From Spirogloea muscicola (Eukaryota), in NCBI GenBank assembly GCA_009602725.1, contig WELB01000016.1, forward strand, positions 373,427 through 437,426: a DNA stretch of 64,000 nt, written 5' to 3'. The translations under genes were made by a program, and so were the position numbers. Below the pieces are notes generated by a model. That model searched no databases. It was not told the origin of the DNA and worked only from the letters and a program-made list of their open reading frames with translations. Position 1 is the stretch's first letter; each line of letters starts with the position of its first letter. Positions 52,151-63,149 of the stretch are shown piece after piece.

Positions 52151-52559
52151 ATGGGAACGGTGGAGGGGGGGAAGAGAAACAAGAGGGAGAAGAAGGGGGA
52201 AGACGATTGGAGACAACGGCTAGTAAGCAGCACGTGACTGCCACCGTGACAACTCCAGCCCCGCCGTCTGCGTGAGCGCCGTCCGATCTGCCACGGCGGA
52301 AGGATCCAGCCGCTTTTACTGGTCGGGGCACCCGCAAGCGGACAAAAGGGCCTTGGGCGCCCCGCGCCCCGCCACCCCCCCTCCCCCTCCGCGAGTGGCG
52401 GTGGCCGTTTAAGCGCGCGCCCCCCCTCCTCCACCCCCCTCCCTCCACCGACTCCTCCCTCTTCCTCACCTCTTCCTTCTCCCGCTCGCTTGCCCCCCTC
52501 TCTCCCTCCCTTCCGCTCGCCTCTCTCTCGCTCGCCGGCCCGCTTGCCTTCCCCCTCCT

Positions 52560-52597
52560 CCCCCTCCCCTCCTCTCTCTCTCTCTCTCTCTCTCTCT

Positions 52598-52636
<39 letters not shown>

Positions 52637-52740
52637 TCTCGCTCTCTCTCCTTCGCGCTCTCGCTCGCTCTCTTGTACTCGCGCTCCTCTCTCCTCTCGC
52701 AGCTCAGGTTGTCACAGAAGAAGTGAGCTCGCTCTTTCCN

Positions 52741-52806
<66 letters not shown>
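52560..52806. repeat. (CT)n microsatellite / polypyrimidine tract in the PME promoter or 5' UTR
   Basis: Long CT runs, with an N at 52740. Confidence 0.95.
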
Positions 52807-52809
<3 letters not shown>

Positions 52810-53173
52810 CCTCTCTCTCCCGCCCCCACCCCCCTCTCCCTCTCTTCGCCTGTCCTGCCTCCCTCCCTCCCTTCCCCCTCCCTTTCTCACCACCGGCACG
52901 GCCTTCCGCCAGCTCCGGCGCCACTCGAGTGGTCGCCTTGCCTCTCCGGTCCCGTCCTCCACTGCTCTTCTACCCTGTCGCATCCCTCCCATTCTTTCCA
53001 ACGGCCTTGGCCAGCACCTCGGAAGCCGAGGAGGGTGTGGTGCCTTGGCATGGCGGCAGGCCGCCGCGCCGCGCACTGGGCGGCGGCGCAGCCACCATCA
53101 CGATGAGGCGCTCCGCCTGCTCAGCTCCTCTTCGGGTCCTCTGGCCCGCAGTCTCTCCACCCCAGCAGGCGCC

Positions 53174-55928
53174 ATGGCGGGCCATGCCTGGCGGCTCCCA
53201 GCCGCGCTCGTCGTCGTCGCTGCAGTCCTCGCCTCCACGACCGCGACTGCCGCCGCCACCGACGGCGCCGGTGGCCGTGAGGAGGGGCCCCTGTCTCTGG
53301 TTGAGGATGCCGTCGGCCAGGCTGAGGGCTCGCAGCGGTCCACCCGCGAGTGGGCTTCCCAGGTGAGGCAGAGCCACTCCATTGCTGGCGAGCCCGAGGC
53401 GTCGGCACAAACTTTTCAGTGGCTTGGGACTTCCCCGTGGTGCCCAGTTTGCGGCTTTCACAGTGTCCAAGCTGGGCCACCGCTAGCTGTGGCTGACACA
53501 GTCCTTCCTGCTGCCCGAGCACATCCCCAGGTGGTGACGTTCGCGCGACGGATGCAACGCACGCTCTTGCAACATGCGCCGGTGGACATACCCAACAACC
53601 TCGACGAGGTGGACGTCGATGGAGCTGGCAGCGGTAGCAGCAGGGGCAGTGGCGTCCCGCCATCCCGCAGCAGCTACGCAGCCACGCTCTTCGAGCAGGC
53701 GCTGGCCGCCAGTAGCGCAGCGGCAGCGCCATCGCCGCCGCCGCCAGAGAAGATAGACTATCACCACAACCCGGCGGAGAAAGAGGCCATCCGGCGAGCC
53801 GCCAAGCTCGCGCGGTGGCGGCGACACCACGCTTCGTCGGGGGTGCACATTCCCGCACCACACAAGATGGCCATCGACCTGCGTGCAGTGATCGATGACG
53901 GCGACGCAGGGTACAGCGAGCTTGCGAAGGACGCGCACTTCATCCATGTGGCCCAGGACGGTAGCGGAGACGTAATGACCGTCCAGGGTGCCATTGACAT
54001 GGTCCCCAAGGGCAACCTGCGGCGGCACATCATCAAGGTCAAGGACGGCATCTACATTGAGGAGATCCTTGTGCCAAAGTCGAAGCGCTTTGTCACGCTC
54101 AAGTAAGTTTGCTGGATGTTTTGTGACTGTTCCCGTGCCAATCCTCGATGTTGCCCATGTGATCATAGTTGTTGAGGTTGGGACTTTGCTTGGTGCAGGG
54201 GCCAGTCCACGGCGGGCACAATCGTGCTGATGATGCACAACGCAGGGCAGTGGCTCGATTCATTAAATAGAACCCGCGGAACGTACCGCTCAGCCAGCGT
54301 CACCATCCTTGGTGCTGGCTTCCTTGCATACAACATCACCTTCATGAACAATGCCACGCGGTCAGCTCTCACCTCTTGCTATGACCTCCACATGGGCAGC
54401 TTGTGGCCGTGGCCCACGCTACACCCAAGAACGATTGCCATGACGGAAGAACAGGCATCTCACAAAGCAACCCGTACAAACAGTGGAAGATAACTGCTAG
54501 TAAACCATGTTAGTGTGCTGCCAGTTTCTTGCCTATTTTGGGCTCGCAAGGTGGCGGCCAGCCTGCCTCGTTCAATGCTTTGCAGAGGTCTAAGAGGTGG
54601 ATTGTAATGCTCCCGCTTCTTAGCTGCTCATGTCGACTCATTGGCACTCGCTGTTGCAGACCGCCACCCACTTACTATTTTGGGCAGGCGCCAGCAGTGC
54701 GAGTATCAGCGACCAGTGTGGCCTTCTTCGGTGTACGCTTTGTGAGCTGGCAGGACACGCTGTACGCTCACAAAGGCAAGCAGTATTATAGGTGAGAGGC
54801 CTACTGTTCTCCTTTCTCCCCCATATCACTATGCTGCGTGGCGCTTGGACTCAACTGGCGTGCGCGCTCCTTGTGCTCAAGGCGACTGAGCAAGGCTGCG
54901 GGTGCGGCGCCTCACGTGCAGGGACTGCGAGGTGGTGGGCTCCGTTGACTTCATCTTTGGCAATGCGACGGCGCTATTCGAGCGCTGCGTGCTGCACGCT
55001 AAAGGCATGGGCAACATTGTCGCACAAAAGCGCGGGTGGTACAGTGACCCGACAGGCTTCGTCTTCCTCAACTGCGCGATCGTCGGCGAGGGCCCTACAT
55101 ACCTCGGCCGCCCTTGGGGCAACTTCTCACGCGTCGTCTACATAAACACACGGATTGCCGGCATCCTCGGCCCTGGGGTGAGCCACTCTCGCACCACTGA
55201 AGTGATCAGCTCTTGAAACACAGGTAGCAGTCTGGCCTAAGTGCTTGATCTGATGATGATGTGATTTGCTTATTCACCTCCACCATGCTGCACAGGCGTG
55301 GCTGGACTGGGGCAACGACACATCACGGCGGCCGACCGCCTACTTTGCGGAGTACGAGTCGACTGGCCCTGGTGCAAATCACGTGCTATTCCCTCGAGCC
55401 GCCTGGACGCACACGCTGGACGCCCATGGCGTAGCGCCCTACAACAATCGCGACTACATCCTGGACGCCAATCAGAGCCTGCCGCTGCCGCCACTGCCTG
55501 CGGGCTTCCGACTGTCGCCGCCGCCGCCGCCGTCGCCACCGCCGGCCCCCCCAGCACCTTCACCACCCCCGCCCTCCCCTCCTCCGCCACCTGCCATTCT
55601 TCCCCCGCTCTCAAATCCTCCTCCACAATCGCTGCCGCCTCCACCACCTTTACCTTCGCTGCCCCCGCCACCGCCACCGCCACCACCGCCACCGCCGCCG
55701 TTGCTGGACGTCACACTACTTCTCCAATCTCCTCCGCCATCGCCGCCTCCACCGTCACCCCCCCCGCTTCTCCCACCTTCGCCAGACCCAGCGCTCCTTG
55801 CAGCCGCTGGCCTGCCGCCGCCTCCTCCTTCGCCACCACCTCCCTCACCGCCCCTCACCGCACTGCCCCCCGACCTCCTGCTCGCTCAGCCACCCCCGCC
55901 TCCGCCGCCTCCGCCGCCAGTCATGTGA
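53174..55928 (+). CDS. PME: Secreted pectin methylesterase (CE8) with a Pro/Ser-rich extensin-like C-terminus
   Basis: Signal peptide MAGHAWRLPAALVVVAAVLA; VAQDGSGD..TVQGAI, GIYIEEI, QAPAVR, SWQDTLY, GSVDFIFG, YLGRPWG, AEYESTGPGA; then about 140 aa of SPPP/PPPP repeats. Confidence 0.92.
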
Positions 55929-57024
55929 GGCAGCATCTTCACTCGTGGAGCGCATGTGCCTCGTTCACCAACAGTGAGTTCATCCTGCTATCAAGCCTTT
56001 CTACTTGCCGTCAGCCATACCACGGCATTGGTGTGCATTCGGCAGCCTTCAAGCTTGACAAGACCCTCATAGAGTTCTGCTGCACGTAGCACGGGCATGC
56101 TGCGGGCGTCACGGAGAGGCCCGGCCTGCTGTTGCCGCTGGAACTTCTGCTACCGGGTGGCTACACCATGGAGGCCCTCCCACCTTGGCTCTCGAGTTGG
56201 CTCTCGAGCACTGCGCCGCAGGGCGTCATGTCGGAGAAGCTCGTACGGATGCTAGTAGTGCTTGCTTCATCAGTAGTCATCTCGTTGGAAGTGCACCCCT
56301 GAGATTTAGTTTTGTAGTCACGAGCGCAAGCGCAGCGGCGCTCGCGCTCCGCATTCTTTCTTTCCAATATTCTTAATTCAAATTTCTCTTCACAGCCACC
56401 AGGCTGATCTCTGGCACAATAACAACAGTGCCCCGTTCCAAGGTCACGACAGAGCGTCCCAGGCAGTGATGCGTGGACTACAGGGCGAGTGTCCAGCACC
56501 GAGGCCGGCGGGGTTGACAAGGCGCAGGCCAGGCAGCGGACTGGCAAGCTTCGCCGCCCTTTCGAATTCACCATTGCCCATGCATTCTATTGGCATGAGC
56601 GACGTCCTGAGCGATGGGTGCTCCCCAATGGCGAACCCAGCGGCGTCCCCAGCGCCAGCCGCGTCGGCCGGCGGCGTCGGCGGAGGCGGCAAAGCTAACC
56701 GGCGATATCAGTAGGCAGTAACAGACGGCACGCTTGTCATTGCGTACTTCTAGTTAAGTTAACAGCTCCCCGGGCTAGTCCCCGAGCAGCCGTGGGGCTG
56801 ACACGTGGGTGCCTCACCGGCAACCAGCGCCGCGGCCGCCGCCGCCGTCGCCGCCGCCGCCGCCGCAGCCTCGACTGTCCCCCGGGCCCTCCGGAAGCAG
56901 GTCCGTCGCCGGCCCCGTTTCTTGGCCGCCGCTGGGCGTCGCCGCCTACCTACTTGCCTGTGATGCTGACCCTTGAGGTCGTCCACGGCTCCTCAGCGCG
57001 TCTGGACATTCTCGGGTCCAGCTN

Positions 57025-57944
57025 CGCCGCCGCCACCACTTGGCGGCGGGCGGTACACGGCGGCGGCGCGGCGCGGGCGCCGGTGGTGGTGGAACCACAC
57101 CCGGAGGCCGGCGTGGAGGCGCCGAGCGCGCCGTCGGACAAGGTGCGGCGGCTGGCGGACGAGATCTCCTCGCTCACGCTGCTCGAGGTCTCCGGCCTCA
57201 CCTCGCTGCTGCGCCACCGCCTGGGTGCGCCCCCCCCTTCCCCCCCTTCCTCCCTCCCTCCTGCTTCTGCTAAACCTGCAGGCAGGGGTTTAAGGCAGCT
57301 CTTGGCGACTGCCGCTTGGTGCGTGGCGGCGACGGCGCTGAGACGCCGCATGCAACGTGGGCGGTTGTGGGTGGGCAGGCATGGGGGACGTGCCGATGAG
57401 CATGCCCATGGGCATTGGCATGGGCGGCGGCGGCGGCGGTGCTGGCCCAGTGGCTGTGGCCCCCTCTGCAGCTGCCGAGAAGACCTCCTTTGACGTCAAG
57501 CTGGAGAAGTTCGACGCCGCGCAGAAGATTAAGATTATCAAGGTTTGTGGCGCTGCCAAGTTGCCGAGGTTGCTGATGGCAGGGGTTGGATTCAAGTGTT
57601 GCCTCGTCTAAAACATTCACAATTCACTCCACTTCCAGTAGAAAGACAGCTTTTATCCGTTTGTGCTGCTGTTAAAGATTATCTAGACAAGATCTCTCGA
57701 TAGCTTCGTTTGTTGGCCACCACTTTGGTGGCTACCCCTGATGGCAGGCACTACCTGCGCTCTGCTCTTGCTTTGCCGCACGCGCGCGCAGGAGGTGCGC
57801 TCCATGACGGCGCTGGGTCTCAAGGAGGCCAAGGATCTGGTGGAGTCAGCGCCCGCGATCATCAAGAAGGGCGTGACCAAAGACGAGGCCGATGCCATGC
57901 TGGAGAAGCTCAAGGCCATCGGCGCTACGTGCGGTATTGAGTGA
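57025..57944 (+). CDS. RPL12: Organellar (probably mitochondrial) ribosomal protein L7/L12; start uncertain
   Basis: [76 protein letters not shown]. Confidence 0.92.
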
Positions 57945-59090
57945 GGGGCCATCACATGGAAAGGCCACGGAGCACCTCCTTCTCCAATTCCCCCTCCTCT
58001 CAGAGGGCGTCCTCTCGGTGGCCGTCCTGCAGCCGGGCACCTCTTATGGAGGCCTCCATTAAAGCCTCCAACTCGGCAACATTGCAGGAGCAAGCTTTTG
58101 GGCTCCCCCACCTGTGACATTTGCGCTCGGCGTAATGCGCCGTTGCCGCCTGAACAGGGCCTGGCAGTCAGCCACTGCTGGAGAGACTAGCCGGGCTGCT
58201 TGCCGGCATCCGGTAGTGTGAGCATCAAGTTCGGTGCTTAGAGAGCACCTGGACTCTGCAACAGCAGCTGCTGCTTGGTCCATACTGAGTTGCAACTGGC
58301 AGGCGAATGCAAAGATAATCGACGGGTCTGCACACAAACATACAGCTGATACAGTCCACCGCCGATGCTCTTTCCGGCCACAATGGGCTGTGGCTTGAGA
58401 GGGGTCATGCATGGCAGTGGTGGAGTGGCTGCGAGTTTTGGCCATGTGAGCGCGCATCGAAGGCTTGGTGGCATATCTACCATGGCCACGCAAGTTCATC
58501 AAGCGCGCCAAAAAAATGCATCAGCCATGTGATGTGGACTGTGCGCCCAGCTGGCGTAAGCCACGGTGGCCGCCTCAACAGCGGCTTCTCCCACTGTGGC
58601 ATGTCTCCCGCTTGGTACATGTCAGCTTGCTTGCAAGTGAAGTCCCTTCTAGAACACTCATGCATCAAGTGCCATCGGCTTGGAAGCGGGCAATGACCTT
58701 CGACAGGCATTAATTGTTCAAAATGTATATGCCAGCTTTCTATGTCCATAGCTTCAACATAAGAGCACCGACTTTTGCAGACTGCTTCCTGCAGATACTA
58801 GACAATGGATAAGATAAAGCCTCTGCTTACGCTTGGCAGTTGAGCCAAGCAGTCTGACCAAGCTTGTGCTCGAGGGAGCTTGTTGAGGGGGTCAAGGTGT
58901 GCCTCGATGAAGCCAATGTACATGGGGGGGAGCGGTGGGAGGAGAGGGGTGTTTAAGTGCTCGTTTGGTTGGCCGTAGTGTAGGCTTAGAGGCCGGGCGT
59001 TCTTGCACGTTAAGGTGCCGTCAGCTTGGTTGCCACATTGCGGAGCAGACCAAAGATATAGGCAGCATTAGGGGCAATGGAGCAGCACCT

Positions 59091-60043
59091 TCACCCCTGC
59101 TCGTCAGCCTCAGCCTCAGCAATCTCCTCATCCTCTGGCACGCCTCTCAAGTACAGGACATTGTTACACCTGCATGTGCCACAGAAGGAATGCAAACGTT
59201 TTGTGGAGGATCAGCAGCCGTGCCCTCACAATCAATTGCAGAGGGCCTGTCAACGCCAGTATTGTCTTGTGCATTATTGCTCATAGAGTTGCCTGATGCC
59301 CCCTCCCGCAACTCCGCCGGCTACAGTCTCTCAATAAGATGGCTTGGCGTCTGTCATTGCGAGCTGAGGACCCACTTGCATTTGATGCTGCCAAATGCAG
59401 AGCCCACATGCGAAGTACTTTAATTATTCGTCTAGATCTGTTGAAACAGCCTCCTAGACTGCGAGGACTTCTTAGGGAGACAAAATGGACAGCGGAGAGG
59501 GATAAGGTACTGAGCCTGCCGCAGCCACCTGATCAGGACCTCGCCGAGATTGCCCGTGAACTCGCCGTCGATGAACTCCTCCGTGCTCGCTAGCTGCAAA
59601 GGAGTAACGGCCACGGCTTGTCAGATCCCTTCACCCGTACGGCTGCTGTGCTCTGCAAGGCCATGTGCGAGAGTCCCCTGGAGACAAGGTGCGGAGGAGT
59701 GCAGGCAGGGCCTCGGACCTGGAGGTTCATGTACGAGTCGACGGAGACAAGGTAGCCTGCGAGAGGACCGCCGCAGGAGGCTGGTGAGCGGTGGCAGTGT
59801 CGTGTCGCAGGCACCATGTGCAATGGCAAGGGCAGCGGCAAGCTCTGGCGCGACGCCGCCGCCGCTGCTGCAAGAGACGCGGCTGACGGTGGGCCCGCTC
59901 GTGACAAGCCGTGCGCGCGACGAGGAGAAGGCGCAGGTGGGGAGGGGGGCCTCGCCTTTGTACTCCATGCCCCACTTGAGCTTCACAATCACCGGCTTGC
60001 CCGTGAGGTCGTTGAGGAACGGCTTGGGGTTCACCGGCACCGT
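59091..60043 (-). CDS. SmF: Small nuclear ribonucleoprotein F (exons 60043-59956, 59756-59719, 59593-59529, 59169-59091; tiny first exon probably near the N at 60146)
   Basis: [79 protein letters not shown]. Confidence 0.95.
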
Positions 60044-60148
60044 CTGCGGCGGCGGCCGCGGCGGCCGCGGCGGCAGGTCAGCGCCAGCTGGGGCCGCGAC
60101 GTCTGAGAGCGGCGCGGCAGGGCCGTGTTCTGCGGCGGAGCTCGCNAC

Positions 60149-60187
<39 letters not shown>

Positions 60188-60444
60188 AGAGGTGAAGGCG
60201 CGGTTGAGGGGATGGCGGGATGGCGCAAGGGTTTAAGGATGGCCTTAAACCCTCAGCCCCCTCCCCCCCAAGTCTGGAAGCCGAGATCTCAACAAAACAT
60301 GACATGAATGCGGCTGCTGATATCAAAAAGGCGGCTGTAAACGCCAGCCAGGTGGCTGTAAACGCCGGCCAGGCGCATAAAGAGGGTGCTCATCACTATG
60401 GCAGCGGAGCCACAGGCCAGGCAGACAGGGCACAGAGAAAGGGA

Positions 60445-60550
60445 AGAAACGAAAGAAGTGGCACTCCCAATGGGGGCAAGGGCTGTGAAAAGCCAGCCCG
60501 AAAAAGAATTGACAAAGGTTCGAAGGGGCCAAATGGTGGAGGGGCCTAAG
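60445..60550 (-). mobile_element. Solo A-type CRE-like 3' UTR upstream of SmF
   Basis: AAGTGGCACTCCCAATGGGGGCAAGGGCTGTGAAAAGCCAGCCCGAAAAAGAATTGACAAAGGTTCGAAGGGGCC is near-identical to copies at 8733, 9277, 32894 and 51963. Confidence 0.85.
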
Positions 60551-61237
60551 AAATGAAAGGTAATTGCGGGTGTACTGGTAAGAAGAGCTCTCCCTGGCCC
60601 TAGCGTCGCCGCCGCAACCCGGCGGCGGCGGCGACGGGGTGCCATGTCCGGGCGCCAAGCCAGGAAGCCCGCCCACTGCAAGGTTGGGCTCAGGGTTTAG
60701 GCCCGGCCCGGCTGTCGGCGGCAGCGGCGGCAGCGGCGGAGCACAAAGGCGCCAGCCGCGCGCCTGGCAGCCCAGAGTCGAGAGCGCCGCAGCTGCGTCG
60801 AGATCAGGAATGCGGCTGCTGAGTTCCATCTAAGGTGGAATCAAGGAACCTTTGCGGCAGGCGTTCCAGCGCACTTGGGCAGCTGATACTGCCGGCCTTG
60901 GTGCTACCACCATATGGCCGCCGGCACCCCACACGACAAGCTACAGCGGCGTTAAGGCAGCCCGTCCCCAGAGCCCCGGGGCCTTTATGAGCTTGGTCCG
61001 CACTTCTCTGCGCACTGGGCGGGGCCTCGGCTGCCCTCAGCCGCTCCGCCGCCACCACTGCTGCCTTCTCCGCCTGGGGCTCGAGCGGGCACGCACGATA
61101 CGTCCAGGTCGCACGCGCTGAACACCCAGGATCTGACTTGCCACCGCGAACGCCGACCCCATGGCAGGATCCTGTCGTATGCACTGCTTTACTCACTGCC
61201 GGTGCAGCTCGGAGAAGGCAAGGCGGCCCACCATCGA

Positions 61238-61272
61238 CCTAACCCTAACCTTTAAATCCTAACACTAAACCC
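61238..61272. repeat. Short degenerate telomere-like tract
   Basis: CCTAACCCTAACCTTTAAATCCTAACACTAAACCC, made of CCCTAA/CCCTAAA-like units. Confidence 0.5.
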
Positions 61273-61353
61273 ATGATTGACTTTCGACAAGAGCGATTGC
61301 CACATAGCACATTGAGCATCCAGGAGTTCTGCCATAATGTCATGGCTTCCCTG

Positions 61354-62860
61354 TTAGACTGCATACGCATTCTGGCCGGAGGAGGCTGATGACGCTGCAC
61401 TTTTCAGCGCGGCAGCCATCATCTGCTCCAGCGCAGCCTCGTGGCCTTGATCTGCAGCAGCCTGGTACCACCGCATCGCCTCCCTCATCTCGTGCTGCAT
61501 GGCCACCACGCCGCGCTTGGCCAGGCCCAGGCCCTGCTCATGGCACAGCCCGAGGCAGTACTGCGCTTCCGCGTCGCCCTGTTCTGCCGCAGCGCGATAC
61601 CATGACATTGCCACGCCCCAGTCCTGCGCCACGCCCTTGCCAGTTGCGTGGCACATGCCCAGGTTGAGCTGAGCAGCAGCCAGGCCCTGCTCTGCAGCAC
61701 GCTGGTACCAGCTTGTGGCTGCAACCATGTCCACCTCACATCCCTTGCCCTCGTCGTAGCATGCGCCCAGCTTGTTTTGCGCCACTGCGACGCCCTGCTC
61801 CGCTGCCGCCCGATACCACTCCACTGCCTCAACCTCATCGCGCTCGCACCCGCGGCCTGACGCCAAGCACGCTCCCAGGTTGCACTGCGCCATAGCACAG
61901 CCCTGTGCCGCTGACAGCCGGTACCACTGCACCGCTGTTACAGCATCCTTGGGCACGCCGCGGCCTCGCTCGTAGCTCGCGCCTAGATTGAACTGCGCAT
62001 ACATGTGGCCAGCCTCGGCTGCGCAGTGGTACCACACTGCAGCCTGCTCCGGGCTCGCCTCCACACCACGCCCGTGCTTGTAGCACACCCCCAGATTGTA
62101 AGCTGCGCCGCTCTGGCCCTGCTCGGCAGCCTTGCGGTAAAGCTCCGTGGCACGCAAGAGGTCCTTCTTGACGCCCTTGCCCTCATAATAGCAGTCCCCG
62201 AGGCGATACTGTGACTCTGCGTGGCCGCGCGCCGTGCTCGCCTGCAACAGCCGTATGCCCTCGGCGTGGTCTTCAGGCACGCCCTAGCCCAGGAAGAATT
62301 TCAGCGCCAGCTGGCACTCTGCATCCAGGTTCCCGAGGGCCGCAGCGGCACGCAGCCACCTCACAGACTCGGCCCAGTCGCAGCAGAGCATGGCGAGGCA
62401 GACCATGGCCGGGGCGTTGCCTTGCTCAGCGGCTGCACGGTACCACCGCAAGGCCTCGGTGGCGTCCTGCGCCACGCCGCGGCCGTGCTCCAGCGATGCG
62501 CCAAGGTTGAACTGCGCCTGCGCGATGCCCTGCTCCGCAGCTCTCCGGTGCCATGCCGCAGCTTCGCCTGCGTCTGGCACTACACCCTCGCCAAGCTCAT
62601 AGAGCACGCCCAGATTGCACTGCGCCTTTGCATGCCCACCCTCTGCCGCTCGGCGGTACCACGCTGCCGCTTTGCAAGGGTCTGCAGCGACTCCGCGACC
62701 CCGCTCGTAGCAGAGCCCGAGGTCATATTGGTCCTGGGCCACTCCACGCTCTGCGCCCTCCCGGTACGCCTGCAGCGCGTCCGTCGTCTCAACGTATATG
62801 GCCGAGTTGCCCGTGTTGCTGGGCAGGCTGTTGGGTCGGTCCTTCGGGCTCAGCGGCATG
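61354..62860 (-). pseudogene. Intronless Sel1-like repeat protein with one in-frame TAG (62284-62286)
   Basis: About 11 repeats of AQxNLGxxYxxGxGVxxDxxxAxxWYxxAAEQG across ORFs 62284-62985 and 61354-62280, which share a frame (FFLG*GVPED). Confidence 0.75.
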
Positions 62861-63149
62861 CCAGGCAGATGGCCCTGCCAACCAAGAAGAAGCACTCTGG
62901 TCCTCTCAATCACATTGCACAGACTCGCCGTCAATGACTTGGCTGCAACTATGGCATACTTGCCAGTACACGTGACTGTAGACAAGTCTTTGGGCAGTTA
63001 GCCAGCAACCATGACAAGCATCAGTTGCAGCGGATGAAAATTGAGCAACGGCGACAATTTGGCACCCGCTTGGCTGCATGGCCACAAGTCCAATCTGGCC
63101 AATAGCAACTTGTACAAGAGAAGGTGACACTTGGGGAGTGGGCAAGCAC

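Noticed and set aside
52066..53106. Long ERERER / LSLSLS ORFs
   Set aside because: These are translations of the (CT)n microsatellite.
9995..60146. Apparent frameshifts at single Ns in first exons (9995, 33399, 42245, 48685, 57024, 60146)
   Set aside because: All lie in (GCC)n-rich tracts and look like assembly joins, not biology.
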